Of a stretch of DNA of 64,000 bases, positions 37,165 to 48,114 are shown one piece after another. The position numbers and the translations under genes were made by a program. Each line of letters starts with the position of its first letter. Position 1 is the stretch's first letter. The notes beneath the pieces were generated by a model. That model did not search any database. It had not been told where the DNA came from and was given only the letters and a program-made list of their open reading frames with translations. The stretch is from Octopus sinensis (lineage: Eukaryota): assembly GCF_006345805.1 (NCBI RefSeq), contig NC_043022.1:2852001-2916000 (forward strand), given 5' to 3'.

Positions 37165-37390
37165 GAGCTGGCAGAAACGTTAGCACGTCGGGCGAAATGC
37201 GTAGCTGTATTTCGTCTGCCGTTACATTCTGAGTTCAAATTCCGCCACGGTCGACTTTGCCTTTCATCCTTTCGGGGTCGATTAAATAAGTACCTGTTAC
37301 GCATTGGGGTCGATGTATTCGACTTAATCCATTTGTCTGTCCTTGTTTGTCCCCTCTGTGTTTAGCCCCTTGTGGGTAGTAAAGAAATAT
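37165..37390 (+). mobile_element. SINE family B
   Basis: GAGCTGGCAGAAACGTTAGC...GAGTTCAAATTCC...GTAAAGAAATA. Confidence 0.8.
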
Positions 37391-37904
37391 ATGTGTGTGT
37401 CTTCACATGTGTGTGTGCACACGGGTGTATGTGTAGTGTGTCCGTGTGTGTGTGTATGCGCATGCATGCATGTGTGTATGTGTGTGTGCATGCATGTGTG
37501 CACGTGTGTGAGAGTGTGTATATGTGCACATGTGTGTGTGTGTGTGTGTGCATATGTGTGTGTGTATGTATTTGTGTGTGAGTCTGTGTGTGTGTGGGTC
37601 GATTTGCTCGACTAAAGGCGGTGCTCCAGCATGGCCGCAGTCAAATGGCTGAAACAGGTAAAAGAATAAATAAAGAATATGTTTGATTAGTTCTGCCTGG
37701 GTGATTTAGCAAGTAAAATGTTCCACTTGAGTTGTGAGAGTCTCTGGAGTGCTGCCGATTGAGGTCACAGCATCTGACACACCATTGTCCTGTTGAGATA
37801 TGAAATATGTCGTTTTACTACTTTCAGTCTGACTTGTAATTGACTGGAGGAGTGCACACAGCCATACAACAGAGCTGCTGCTTTTGCACACAACACACAC
37901 GCAC

Positions 37905-38312
37905 AGGCGCAGGAGGGGCTGTGTGGTAAGTAGCTTGCTAACCAACCACATGGTTCCGGGTTCAATCCCACTGCGTGGCACCTTGGGCAAGTGTCTTCTA
38001 CTATAGCACCGGGTCGACCAATGCCTTGTGAGTGGATTTGGTAGACGGAAACTGAAAGAAGCCTGTCGTATATATGTGTATATATGTGTGTGTGTATATG
38101 TTTGTGTGTCTGTGTTTGTCCCCCTAGCATTGCTTGACAACCGATGCTGGTGTGTTTATGTCTTCGTCACTTAGCGGTTCGGCAAAAGAGACTGATAGAA
38201 TATGTAGTGGACTTCCAAAGAATAAATCCCGGGGTTGATTTGCTCGACTAAAGGCGGTGCTCCAGCATGGCCGCAGTCAAATGACTGAAACAAGTAAAAG
38301 AGTAAAAGAGAG
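37905..38312 (+). mobile_element. SINE family A, full length
   Basis: Complete family match. Confidence 0.85.
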
Positions 38313-38577
38313 AGGGGCACTGAGCAGCAGAAAGTCAGGGCAGATAGTTAAGGGTTGTACACCCCAGAAGAAACGACGTGTTTAGCCGCACCTCACAGAT
38401 ATGATGTCAAAGGCATTGCCACAGAGGATGGCCAACAGCATTTGCTGCTACAGCCTACCCACCTTGCAGGGCTTTTTTCTCAGTTGGGTCACAGTTATTC
38501 TGATTTTGGAAATATGGATTCCACAAGAACTGCCGTAAGTTAAAATTTCTAATATCATTTCAGAGCGCCGCCCCAAC

Positions 38578-39016
38578 TGGCCTCCGTGCCGGTGGCATGT
38601 AAAAGCACCATCCGTTCATGTCCGTTGCCAGCCTCGCCTGGCCCCTGTGCCGGTGGCATGTAGCACCATCCATTTGTGGCTGTTGCCAGCCTCGCCTGGC
38701 CCCCGTGCCAGTAGCACATAAAAAGCACCATCCGATCGTGGCCATTGCCAGCCTTGCCTGGCCCCCGTGCCGGTGGCACGTAAAAAGCACCATCCATCCA
38801 TGGCCGTTTGCCAGCTCCGTCTGGCACCTGTGCGGGTGGCACATAAAAAGCACCCACTACACTCATGGTGTGGTTGGCGTTAGGAAGGGCATCCAGCCGT
38901 AGAAACACTGCCAGATCAGACTGGAGCCTGATGCAGCCTTCTGGCTTCCCAGACCCCAGTTGAACCATTCAACCCATGCTAGCATGGAAAGCGGACGCTA
39001 AATGATGATGATGATG
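38578..39016 (+). mobile_element. RTE-tailed element with a diverged internal VNTR
   Basis: About 5 units of GCC.CGCCTGGCCCC.GTGCC.GTGGCA.GTA(AAA)AGCACCATCC, then the RTE terminus and (GAT)n. Confidence 0.75.
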
Positions 39017-39711
39017 CACGCTACACCTGAGGTCTTGATATTTTCCGACTTGGGCCCAGAAGCCAGAAGTTTGCCAAGGACAGGTTGGAATTGAGCCCAG
39101 TTCTTGAGTTGTACTTTACTTTATTGAGTCCCAGAAGGACAAAAGCAAAACTAACCTCAGTGGAATTTGAACTTTTTTCTTTTTCTTTTATTTGTTTCAT
39201 TCATTTGACTGTGGTCATGCTGGAGCACTGCCTTTAGTCGAGCAAATCGACCCCAGGACTTATTCTTCATAAGTCTAGTATTTATTCTATTGGTCTCTTT
39301 TATCAAACAATTAAAATATTTAAAGAGTTTTTTTACTTCCCCCATACAAAGTATTTCCAAAGTTCAATTTTTAAAACCACAAGGATTGGGCAGAAGACAC
39401 TTGCCCAAGGTGCCATGCAGTGGGACTGAACCCGGAACCATGTGGTTGGTAAGCAAGCTACTTGCCAGAAAGCCACTCCTGCGCCTATATATATATATAT
39501 ATAATATATATATATCTGTGTGAATATATATATATACGTGTGTGAATATATATATATATATATATGTGTATGTATATACATGTGTGTGTGTGAATATATA
39601 TATATATGTGTATGTATATACATGTGTGTGTGTGAATATATATATATATGTGTATGTATATACATGTGTGTGTGTGAATATATATATATATGAGGATAAG
39701 GCAGCAAGCTG

Positions 39712-39942
39712 GATAAGGCGGGGAGCTGGCAGAAACGTTAGCACGCCGGGTGAAATGCTTAGTGGTATTTCGTCTGTTGTTACGTTCTGAGTTCAAATTC
39801 CGCCGAGGTCGACTTTGCCTTTCATCTTTTCGGGGTCGATAAATAAAGTACCAGTTTTGCACTGGGGTCGATATAATTGACTTAATCCCTTTGTCTGTCC
39901 TTGTTTGTCTCCTCTATGTTTAGCCCCTTGTGGGCAATAAAG

Positions 39943-39946
<4 letters not shown>
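39712..39946 (+). mobile_element. SINE family B
   Basis: Full family match. Confidence 0.8.
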
Positions 39947-39981
<35 letters not shown>

Positions 39982-40243
39982 AGATAAGAAAATGGAGAAA
40001 TACATATTAGTAATTTGTGGTAAATCATTTTACCTTTGCCCATATAATACAGTAAATGAATTGATTGCATCGCAATCCTTAACATTTATGTATTAACTTT
40101 GTTGGGTACTTCACTAGCAGTATATGGGATATATGTTATCCCATGGAGGGTTGCACTTACAACCCCTATCTCAATTTATATATATATATATATATTATAT
40201 TATATATATATATATATATATATATGTCCGTGTATATATGTCC

Positions 40244-40319
<76 letters not shown>

Positions 40320-40397
40320 GTCCGTGTATATATATATATATATATATGTCCGTGTATATATATATATATATATATATATGTCCGTGTATATATATAT

Positions 40398-40435
<38 letters not shown>

Positions 40436-40572
40436 GTGTATATATATATATATATTATATATATACATGGTATCTAATGGCAGACAGTGTGATAAATCAT
40501 TTAAATGAAATTTATAGTTCATAAATATGACTGATACGATGCATCAGCTTATTTCATTGTGTGAATAAGTAT

Positions 40573-41495
40573 ACACACACACACACATAAACACACTCCC
40601 ACACACACTCACATAAACACACACACACACATAAACACACTCCCACACACACTCACATAAACACACACACACACACATAAACACACTCCCACACACACTC
40701 ACATAAACACACTCCCACACACACACACACACATAAACACACTCCCACACACACTCACATAAACACACACACACATAAACACACTCCCACACACACACTC
40801 ACATAAACACACTCACACACACACTCATATAAACACACTCCCACACACAACACACATAAACACACTCCACACACACACACATAAACCACTACACACTCCC
40901 ACACACACACACACATAAACACACTCCCCACACACTCACATAAACACACACACACACATAAACACACTCCCACACACACACACATAAACACACTCCCACA
41001 CACACACACACATAAACACACTCCCACACACACTCACATAAACACACTCCCACACACACACACACACATAAACACACTCCCACGCACACTCACATAAACA
41101 CACTCACACACACACTCATATAAACACACTCACATAAACACACTCACACACACACTCACACACACACTCACATAAACACACTCACACACACACTCACATA
41201 GACACACACACTCACACACACACTCACATAACACACTCACACACACACTCACACACACACTCACATAAACACACTCACACACACACTCACATAAACACAC
41301 TCACACACACACTCACATAAACACACTCACACACACACTCACATAAACACACTCACACACACACTCACATAAACACACACTCACATAAACACACACACAC
41401 ACACACACATAACACACTCACACACACACACACACACACACACTCACATAAACACACTCACACACACACACACATAAACACACTCACACACACAC
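40573..41495. repeat. CA-based compound minisatellite (CATAAACACACTC(C/A)CACACACACT)
   Basis: Direct inspection; the CTCCC variant dominates the left part, CTCAC the right part. Confidence 0.9.
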
Positions 41496-41515
41496 CTGCA
41501 CATGTCACTCTACCT

Positions 41516-41551
<36 letters not shown>

Positions 41552-42079
41552 CTCTCTCTCTCCCCCCTCTCTCTCTCCAGTGTGTCGTCGTCATCACAGC
41601 CAGGGACGACCGACCAACCGACCGAGAGACTCTCGCATTCATCGATGACTAACAAGACGTTATTAGATTCAGGAGGAGAGGGCGGGGGTGGAGAGGCTGC
41701 CGATGGCTTTCACTGGAAAAAAAAATTGCTTTGATGTCTCAGAGGCAGAGAAAGACAAAGAAAAAGAGAGCAGAGTGTTTTTTTTTTTGAAAAGACATTT
41801 TGTTGTTAACATGTACTAAAACAACAACAACAACAACAACAGCTGTAACAACGACGACGACAACAACGATAACATGAAGATAACAGCAACAGTAATAACA
41901 ACAACAACAACAACAACAACGACAACTGAGGATTCAGTTGTTGAATCAGCTGAATTACCTGCCCTTGAATTAATTTGTAACTGGTTGAGTATTCCAGTGT
42001 CCATGTGTACAGGAGGGGGAGGCCAGCATGGCCACGGTCTCATGACTGAAACATGTAAAAGGTAAAATATATAAATGAG

Positions 42080-42335
42080 AGGGTGCTGAAAAGTTACTGG
42101 TTTTAAGGGTATTGCAAAAGGCCTGAATGGAGGCCCCCAACTTTCTGGGTTCTTTTACAGTGCTTAGAAAAAAACTGAAGGACCATTGCAATAAGTGTGT
42201 ATGACTAGGGTGAAATGAAAGGTCTGGTTGGAGGCTCCCAACATTTCGAGTTCTTTTACAGGGCTTAGAAAAACTGAAGGACCCTGCAATAAGTGTGTGA
42301 ATCTGAGAGGGGGATATGGTGAATAAAAATCATAA
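42080..42335 (-). mobile_element. Mariner-type MITE, partial, with internal duplication
   Basis: GAGGGTGCTGAAAAGTT end; the TTCTTTTACAG.GCTTAGAAAAA.CTGAAGGACC segment is present twice. Confidence 0.6.
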
Positions 42336-42336
42336 C

Positions 42337-42497
42337 TGGCGCAGGAGTGGCTGTGTGGTAAGTAGCTTGCTAACCAACCACATGGTTCCGGGTTCAGTCC
42401 CACTGCGTGGCACCTTGGATAAGTGTCTTCTGCTATAGCCCAGGGCCGACCAATGCCTTGTGAGTGGATTTGGTAGATGGAAACTGAAAGAAGCCTG

Positions 42498-42561
<64 letters not shown>

Positions 42562-42762
42562 CTGTGTTTGTCCCCCTAGCATTGCTTGACAACCGATGCT
42601 GGTTGTTTTACATCCCCATCACTTAGCGGTTCGGCAAAAGAGACCGATAAAATAAGTACCGGGCTTACAAAGAATAAGTCCCGGGGTCGAGTTGCTCGAC
42701 TAAAGGCGGTGCTCCAGCATGGCCGCAGTCAAATGACTGAAACAAGAAAAAGAGTAAAAGAG
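42337..42762 (+). mobile_element. SINE family A, full length
   Basis: Complete family match. Confidence 0.85.
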
Positions 42763-42810
42763 ACCCTCTTGTATTTTCTTTTACCCAAAACCAAGAACTT
42801 TTTAGTAGCT

Positions 42811-42845
<35 letters not shown>

Positions 42846-44042
42846 GTGTGTGTGTGTGTGTGTGTGTGTGTGGACATGTACTTATCTGCATTTTTGTTTG
42901 CAGCTTGCTCACTTTTACAAATGTTACAACAAACAGCTGTTGTTGTTGCTGCTGTTGTTGTTGTTGTTATTGTTCTTGATGTTGTCAGTGGACAAGATTT
43001 GTGCAGAGCCATTTCCACCTTCCCATCCTTCAAACTCGTATTGGATTGGTCTCATGCAACAAGTGCTACAAGCCCCCGAGTTATCAAGATGCACGATTCC
43101 TATAGAGTTACCTTCCCTTAGACGAGCAGCTAAGGAGCTGAAGGGCATCATCTACCCTAGAGCCATTAGGGAAGTCTCTCTCAGAGAATAAATTTTAATG
43201 ATCCCAAAAATCAGTAGCACCAAAAACCCAGAAGTTATCAAGATGCACGATTCCTATAGAGTTACCTTCTCTTAAATGAGCTGCTAAACAGCTGAAGGGC
43301 CTTGTCTACCCTGGGTCCATTAGGGTGTCTGTGAGCGATATTTCTTCCAGAGATGCAACAGTGTAAATTTTAAGGATCATTCCTCCAGATTTTCAGTAGG
43401 GATTTACTCCCTTTGCCTGTTTTAATCACTCAGCAAATCACCCCACAAGACAGCAGGGTTTATTATCCTAGTGAACATGGCTTGTGCAAAACCAGCCCAT
43501 CTTTCTCGCCTTTCAAACCTCTATTTGCCTAATGCAATAAGTATCAAGAGCTTATAAGTGCAGGAATAAAATTTGCATTGTGGGTGCAAACCCAGGTCCA
43601 AAATTTTGTTACAAACAAGGTTTAGCATTAGGAAGGGCATCCAGCCGTAGAAACCATGCCAAATCAGACTGGAGTCTGGTGCAGCCTTCCAGCCTTGCCA
43701 GCCCTGGTCAAACCGTCCAACCTATGCCAGCATGGACAATGGACATAAAATGATGATGAAGGTCAATTATTTTCAATCTTAATATCAAAACAAACACAGG
43801 TATAATAATTATTTCAAATTTTTGCCTCAAGGGCAGCTTGGGGAAGGTGGGGACTAGTTGATGACATCGACCCCAGTGTTTCACTGGTACTTATTTTATC
43901 AACCCTTGAAAGGATGTAAGCTAAGTCAAGCTTGGTAACATTTGAACTCAGAATAGGAAGATTGATGAAATATTGCTAAGCATTTTGCCTGGCGCAGTAA
44001 AAAATTCTGCCAGCTCACCACCTTAATAATAATAATAATAAT

Positions 44043-44388
44043 AGGTGCAGGAGTGGCTGTGTGGTAAGTAGCTTGTGTACCAACCACATGGTTCCGGGTT
44101 CAGTCCCACTGCGTGGCACCTTGGGCAAGTGTCTTCTGCCATAACCTCAGGCCGACCAAAGCCTTGTGAGTGGATTTGATAAACGGAAACTGAAAGAAGC
44201 CCGTCGTATATATGTCTATATATATGCGTGTGTGTGTTTGTGTGTATGTGTTTGTCCCCCTAGCAAAAGAGACCGATAGAATAAGTACTGGGCTTACAAA
44301 AAGAATAAGTCCCGGGGTTGAGTTGCTCGATTAAAGGCGGTGCTCCAGCATGGCCGCAGTCAAATGACTGAAACAAGTAAAGAGTAAT
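44043..44388 (+). mobile_element. SINE family A with internal deletion, between SINE B copies (43790-44035 and 44388-44520)
   Basis: Head GGTGCAGGAGTGGCTGTG; lacks the CATTGCTTGACAAC...CTTAGCGG segment. Confidence 0.75.
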
Positions 44389-44519
44389 GGTTTCAAATTT
44401 TGCCAGAAGGGTAGAAATTTGTGGGAAGGGGATGAGTTGATTACATTGACCCCAGTCTTCAACTCGTACTTATTTTATCGACCCCAAAAGGATGAAAGGC
44501 AAAGCTAACCTCAGTGGAA

Positions 44520-44830
44520 TTTAATAATAATAATAATAATGAAATTATTGTGTCTAGTGCTCAGGTGCACTACAACTCATTAAAGGTACATAGAATTATG
44601 GAAAGTGAACAGTGTGTGCATGCGTATGGAGTGGGGATATCAGGTGTAGCGTTGGTGAATTTCAAGAAGCATGGAGGTTTTAAAGGATGCAGTGTCTCGG
44701 CAGCTAACAACTCATGCAGGTAGTTTGTTCCATGCTTCAGCAACTCTGAGTGTGAAAAAATGTTTCCGAAAGTGATGGGAGTTGTGCTGTTTTCTGACTT
44801 TGAACTCATCACCTTCATTTCATGTCCACT
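44520..44830 (-). mobile_element. CR1 LINE 3' fragment
   Basis: (TAA)n tail and the same RT C-terminal segment as the 173-bp array unit. Confidence 0.7.
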
Positions 44831-45031
44831 TTCCATGTCAGTGTCCATCGGATGGTTTGAAAGTGTCCGGAGGCTCAGGGAATCCCATCTTGCTCCAGGG
44901 TCTCAGTTTTGACATGGCTTCTACGACTGGTTGTCCTTCCTAACACCAGTCACTCTACAGAGTGTGCTGGCAGCTATTTGTGCAACACCAGGTACACTAA
45001 TGAGGTCACCATGTAATTTATTTATTTTTAA

Positions 45032-45424
45032 CTAGCAGTATCGCCCGGCGTTGCTTGGGTTTGTAAGGGAAATAACTATATAAGCAGTTTTAGAGAGTTA
45101 TAGACAAAAAATAGCAAAAAAATGCATTAAAAATGGAAAAAATATGATGGTAAATTTCTTTTTAAATCGTTGACTCATCGTAGACATTTTTAGAGAGTTA
45201 CTTCCCTTTAAAAAATATGCATTAAAATGGGAAAAAATGATGGTAAATTATTTTTAAAATCGTAGACTCATCGTAGACGCGCGCTAATACCCAGAAGGGC
45301 TCGATATGAATCACGAGTATAAGATACCCAGTTTTGGTTAAACTGCACCGCAAAATGTGGGAGTAGTTAGGAATCTAAATCGTAGGAGACAGACAGCACA
45401 CAACCTCTCTTTTATATATAAAGA
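45032..45424 (-). mobile_element. Non-autonomous Helitron with internal duplication
   Basis: A-CTAGCAGTATCGCCCGGCG...TATATATAAAGA-T termini. Confidence 0.8.
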
Positions 45425-45484
45425 TTTATTTCCGCTATTTTATTTGTGTTGTTCCCTCTCTCTCTATTCTCAGCGACGAATTAA

Positions 45485-45730
45485 GACCACAGAGACTGGA
45501 ACTGGATCAGACACATCCTCGGACAAGATCAAGGAAGCAATTGTATGGTGGCACTAAAGTGGAACCCCAAGGGGAAAAGAGCAGCAGGGGGCCCTAAAAC
45601 CATATGACAAGGAAATTAGACAAGAAGGATGTAAAAGCTGGATAAAGACCTGGACAGTGGCAGAAAACAGAGCTGGTTGGAGGGATCATGTTACGGCCTC
45701 ATGTGCCTCATGGCATAGAAAGAACTAACT
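45485..45730 (+). mobile_element. RTE-clade LINE RT C-terminal fragment
   Basis: WNWIRHIL..SNCMVALKWNP.GKR..G.PKT and W..AENRAGWRDHVTASCASW. Confidence 0.65.
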
Positions 45731-45777
45731 ATTCTCCTTATTTATGAACCATTTTGAGGGTTTAGAATTTTAAAATC

Positions 45778-46030
45778 ATCATCATCATCATTATCATCGT
45801 TTAATGTCCGTTTTCCATGCTGGCATGGGTTGGACGGTTTGACCAGGGTCTGGGAAGCCAGGAGGCTGCACCAGGCTCCTGTCTGATCTGGCAGTGTTTC
45901 TACAGCTGGATGCCCTTCCTAACGCCAACCACTCCGTGAGTGTACTGTGTGCTTTTTACGTGCCGGGACGGGGTGGTGGTGGCTGGCAGCGGCCACGATT
46001 GGTTGGTGCTTTTTACGTGCCACCGGCAGA
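45778..46030 (-). mobile_element. RTE-tailed SINE-like element
   Basis: (CAT)n tail and the family terminus. Confidence 0.7.
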
Positions 46031-46137
46031 GAAGCCACTCAAGGTGGAGCTGGCATTTTAAATCTAAATTTAAAATGGAATGATGCTTCAAATGTGTTTT
46101 TGAATTTGGTTTGCAAGAATTTTGATATAAGATAACA

Positions 46138-46537
46138 CAGTGGTTCCCAAACTATGAGTCGCAACCCACAGATGGGTCGCGAACAGAATCTTAAGGGGTC
46201 ACAAAAAGTTATAAAATTACGCATTAGCTTTGATTAACTGCTGTCTATCGAGATATTCAGTAGAGTCTAAATTAAAATGGAATGATGCTTCAAATGTGTT
46301 TTTGAATTTGGTTTGCAAGAATTTTGATATAAGATAACACAGTGGTTCCCAAAACTATGAGTCGCAACCCACAGATGGGTCGCGAACAGAATCTTAAGGG
46401 GTCACAAAAAGTTATAAAATTACGCATTAGCTTTGATTAACTGCTGTCTATCGAGATATTCAGTAGAGTTAAGTGGGTTGTCATAAACTGGTGTGATAAA
46501 TAGTGGGTTGCGACTCTAAAAAGTTTGGGAACCACTG
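46138..46537. mobile_element. hAT (Charlie-like) MITE with 8-bp TSD and a 202-bp tandem duplication of its left end
   Basis: TIRs CAGTGGTTCCCAAA / TTTGGGAACCACTG; AGATAACA at 46130-46137 and 46538-46545; left TIR repeated at 46340. Confidence 0.85.
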
Positions 46538-46671
46538 AGATAACATATTAAAGAAAATATTGCTATATCTTATTAAAGTCTACAAACACACTTATCGGTT
46601 GTTGCTTGCCTATATTTTTCTTTTTTCCCTAAAATATTTTTCACTACACTAACACTGGTCTTTTCAGTGAG

Positions 46672-46853
46672 CATATATTTTCAACATGCGTATATTTTCA
46701 ACATGTATATATTTTCAATGGGTATATATTGTCAATGGGTATATATTTTCAATGGGTTAACATTTTCAATGGGTATTCCCTTTCAACAGGTATATATTTT
46801 TAAATGGGTTTATATTTCAATAGATATATATTTGCAATGAGCATCTATTTTCA
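46672..46853. repeat. ~19-bp minisatellite (TATATTTTCAATGGGTA-like)
   Basis: About 9 diverged units. Confidence 0.75.
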
Positions 46854-46859
46854 TTCTTT

Positions 46860-47292
46860 ATTACTCTCTTTCTCTTTTACTCTTTTACTTGTTTCAGTCA
46901 TTTGACTGCAGCCATGCTGGAGCACCGCCTTTAGTCGAGCAAATCGACCCCGGGACTTATTCTTTGTAAGCCCAGTACTTATTCTATCGGTCTCATTTGC
47001 CGAACCGCTAAGTGACGGGGACGTAAACACACCAGCATCGATTGTCAAGCAATGCTAGGGGGACAAACACAGACACACAAACACACACGCATACATATAT
47101 ATCTATATCTATATATATACATATATACGACATGCTTCTTTCAGTTTCCGTCTACCAAATCCACTCACAAGTCATTGGTCGGCCCGGGGCTATAGCAGAA
47201 GACACTTGCCCAAGATGACACGCAGTGGGACTGAACCCGGAACCATGTGGTTGGTTAGCAAGCTACTTACCACACAGCCGCTCCTGCGCCTA
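46860..47292 (-). mobile_element. SINE family A, full length
   Basis: Complete family match. Confidence 0.85.
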
Positions 47293-48114
47293 TTCTTTCA
47301 TACATTTCAGCCCTAAGGCTGTGGCCATACTGGGGCAATTTTTAATGCAATGATGGCGACAATGACAATGGCGTCGAGGATGTGCCCATTTTGGCCCGAT
47401 GAATTTCCACACATCTTAACAGCACCACCTCTTCCCCACCATTGCAACTTAAACTTAGTTCCTGGTTCTTAGAAGTATGAAGAAAACAACAACAACAACA
47501 ACAACAAAAAGAACAAAGAAGAAAAGAAGAAGAAAGAAAGAAACAAACAAAAACAAAAGAAAGTGAAAAGGAAGAAACAGAGAAAGCAGATGTTCTGTAG
47601 AGAATTGTGTCCTTCAGATTTTGGTTTCAGGTGCCAAAGAGTCTGCAGAAAGTGAAACGGTGTGAATCATTGGTGGAATCGCTGAAGAAGAGAAATGTTT
47701 TATTAGTCAATGTGTTTGATTAGTCACACGGCTGAATACTAGTATTTTGTTTCTCACCTAATTATATATTTTTTTATTAATTTGTTAGATGGAAACTGAA
47801 AGAAACCTGTTGGTTCCCAACCAAATCGTTCCAGGTTCAGTCCCCACTGCACTGGCACATTGGGTAAGTGTCTTCTGCTTTAGCCTCTGACTGAACAAAT
47901 CATTGGAAGTGGATTTGGTAGAAGGAAACTGAAAGAAGCCCATCATGTACATATACACAGTGTTTCTGTTTTACACTCTCAGTGTTAACTACTTTAATCT
48001 TTCAGTGTTAACTGTTTTTCTCTTTCCGTGTTGACAGCGTTACTCTTTCAATATTGACCCCTTTAATATTTCAAAGCAGACTGTTTTTCTCTCTCAGTGT
48101 AACAATATTCTTTC

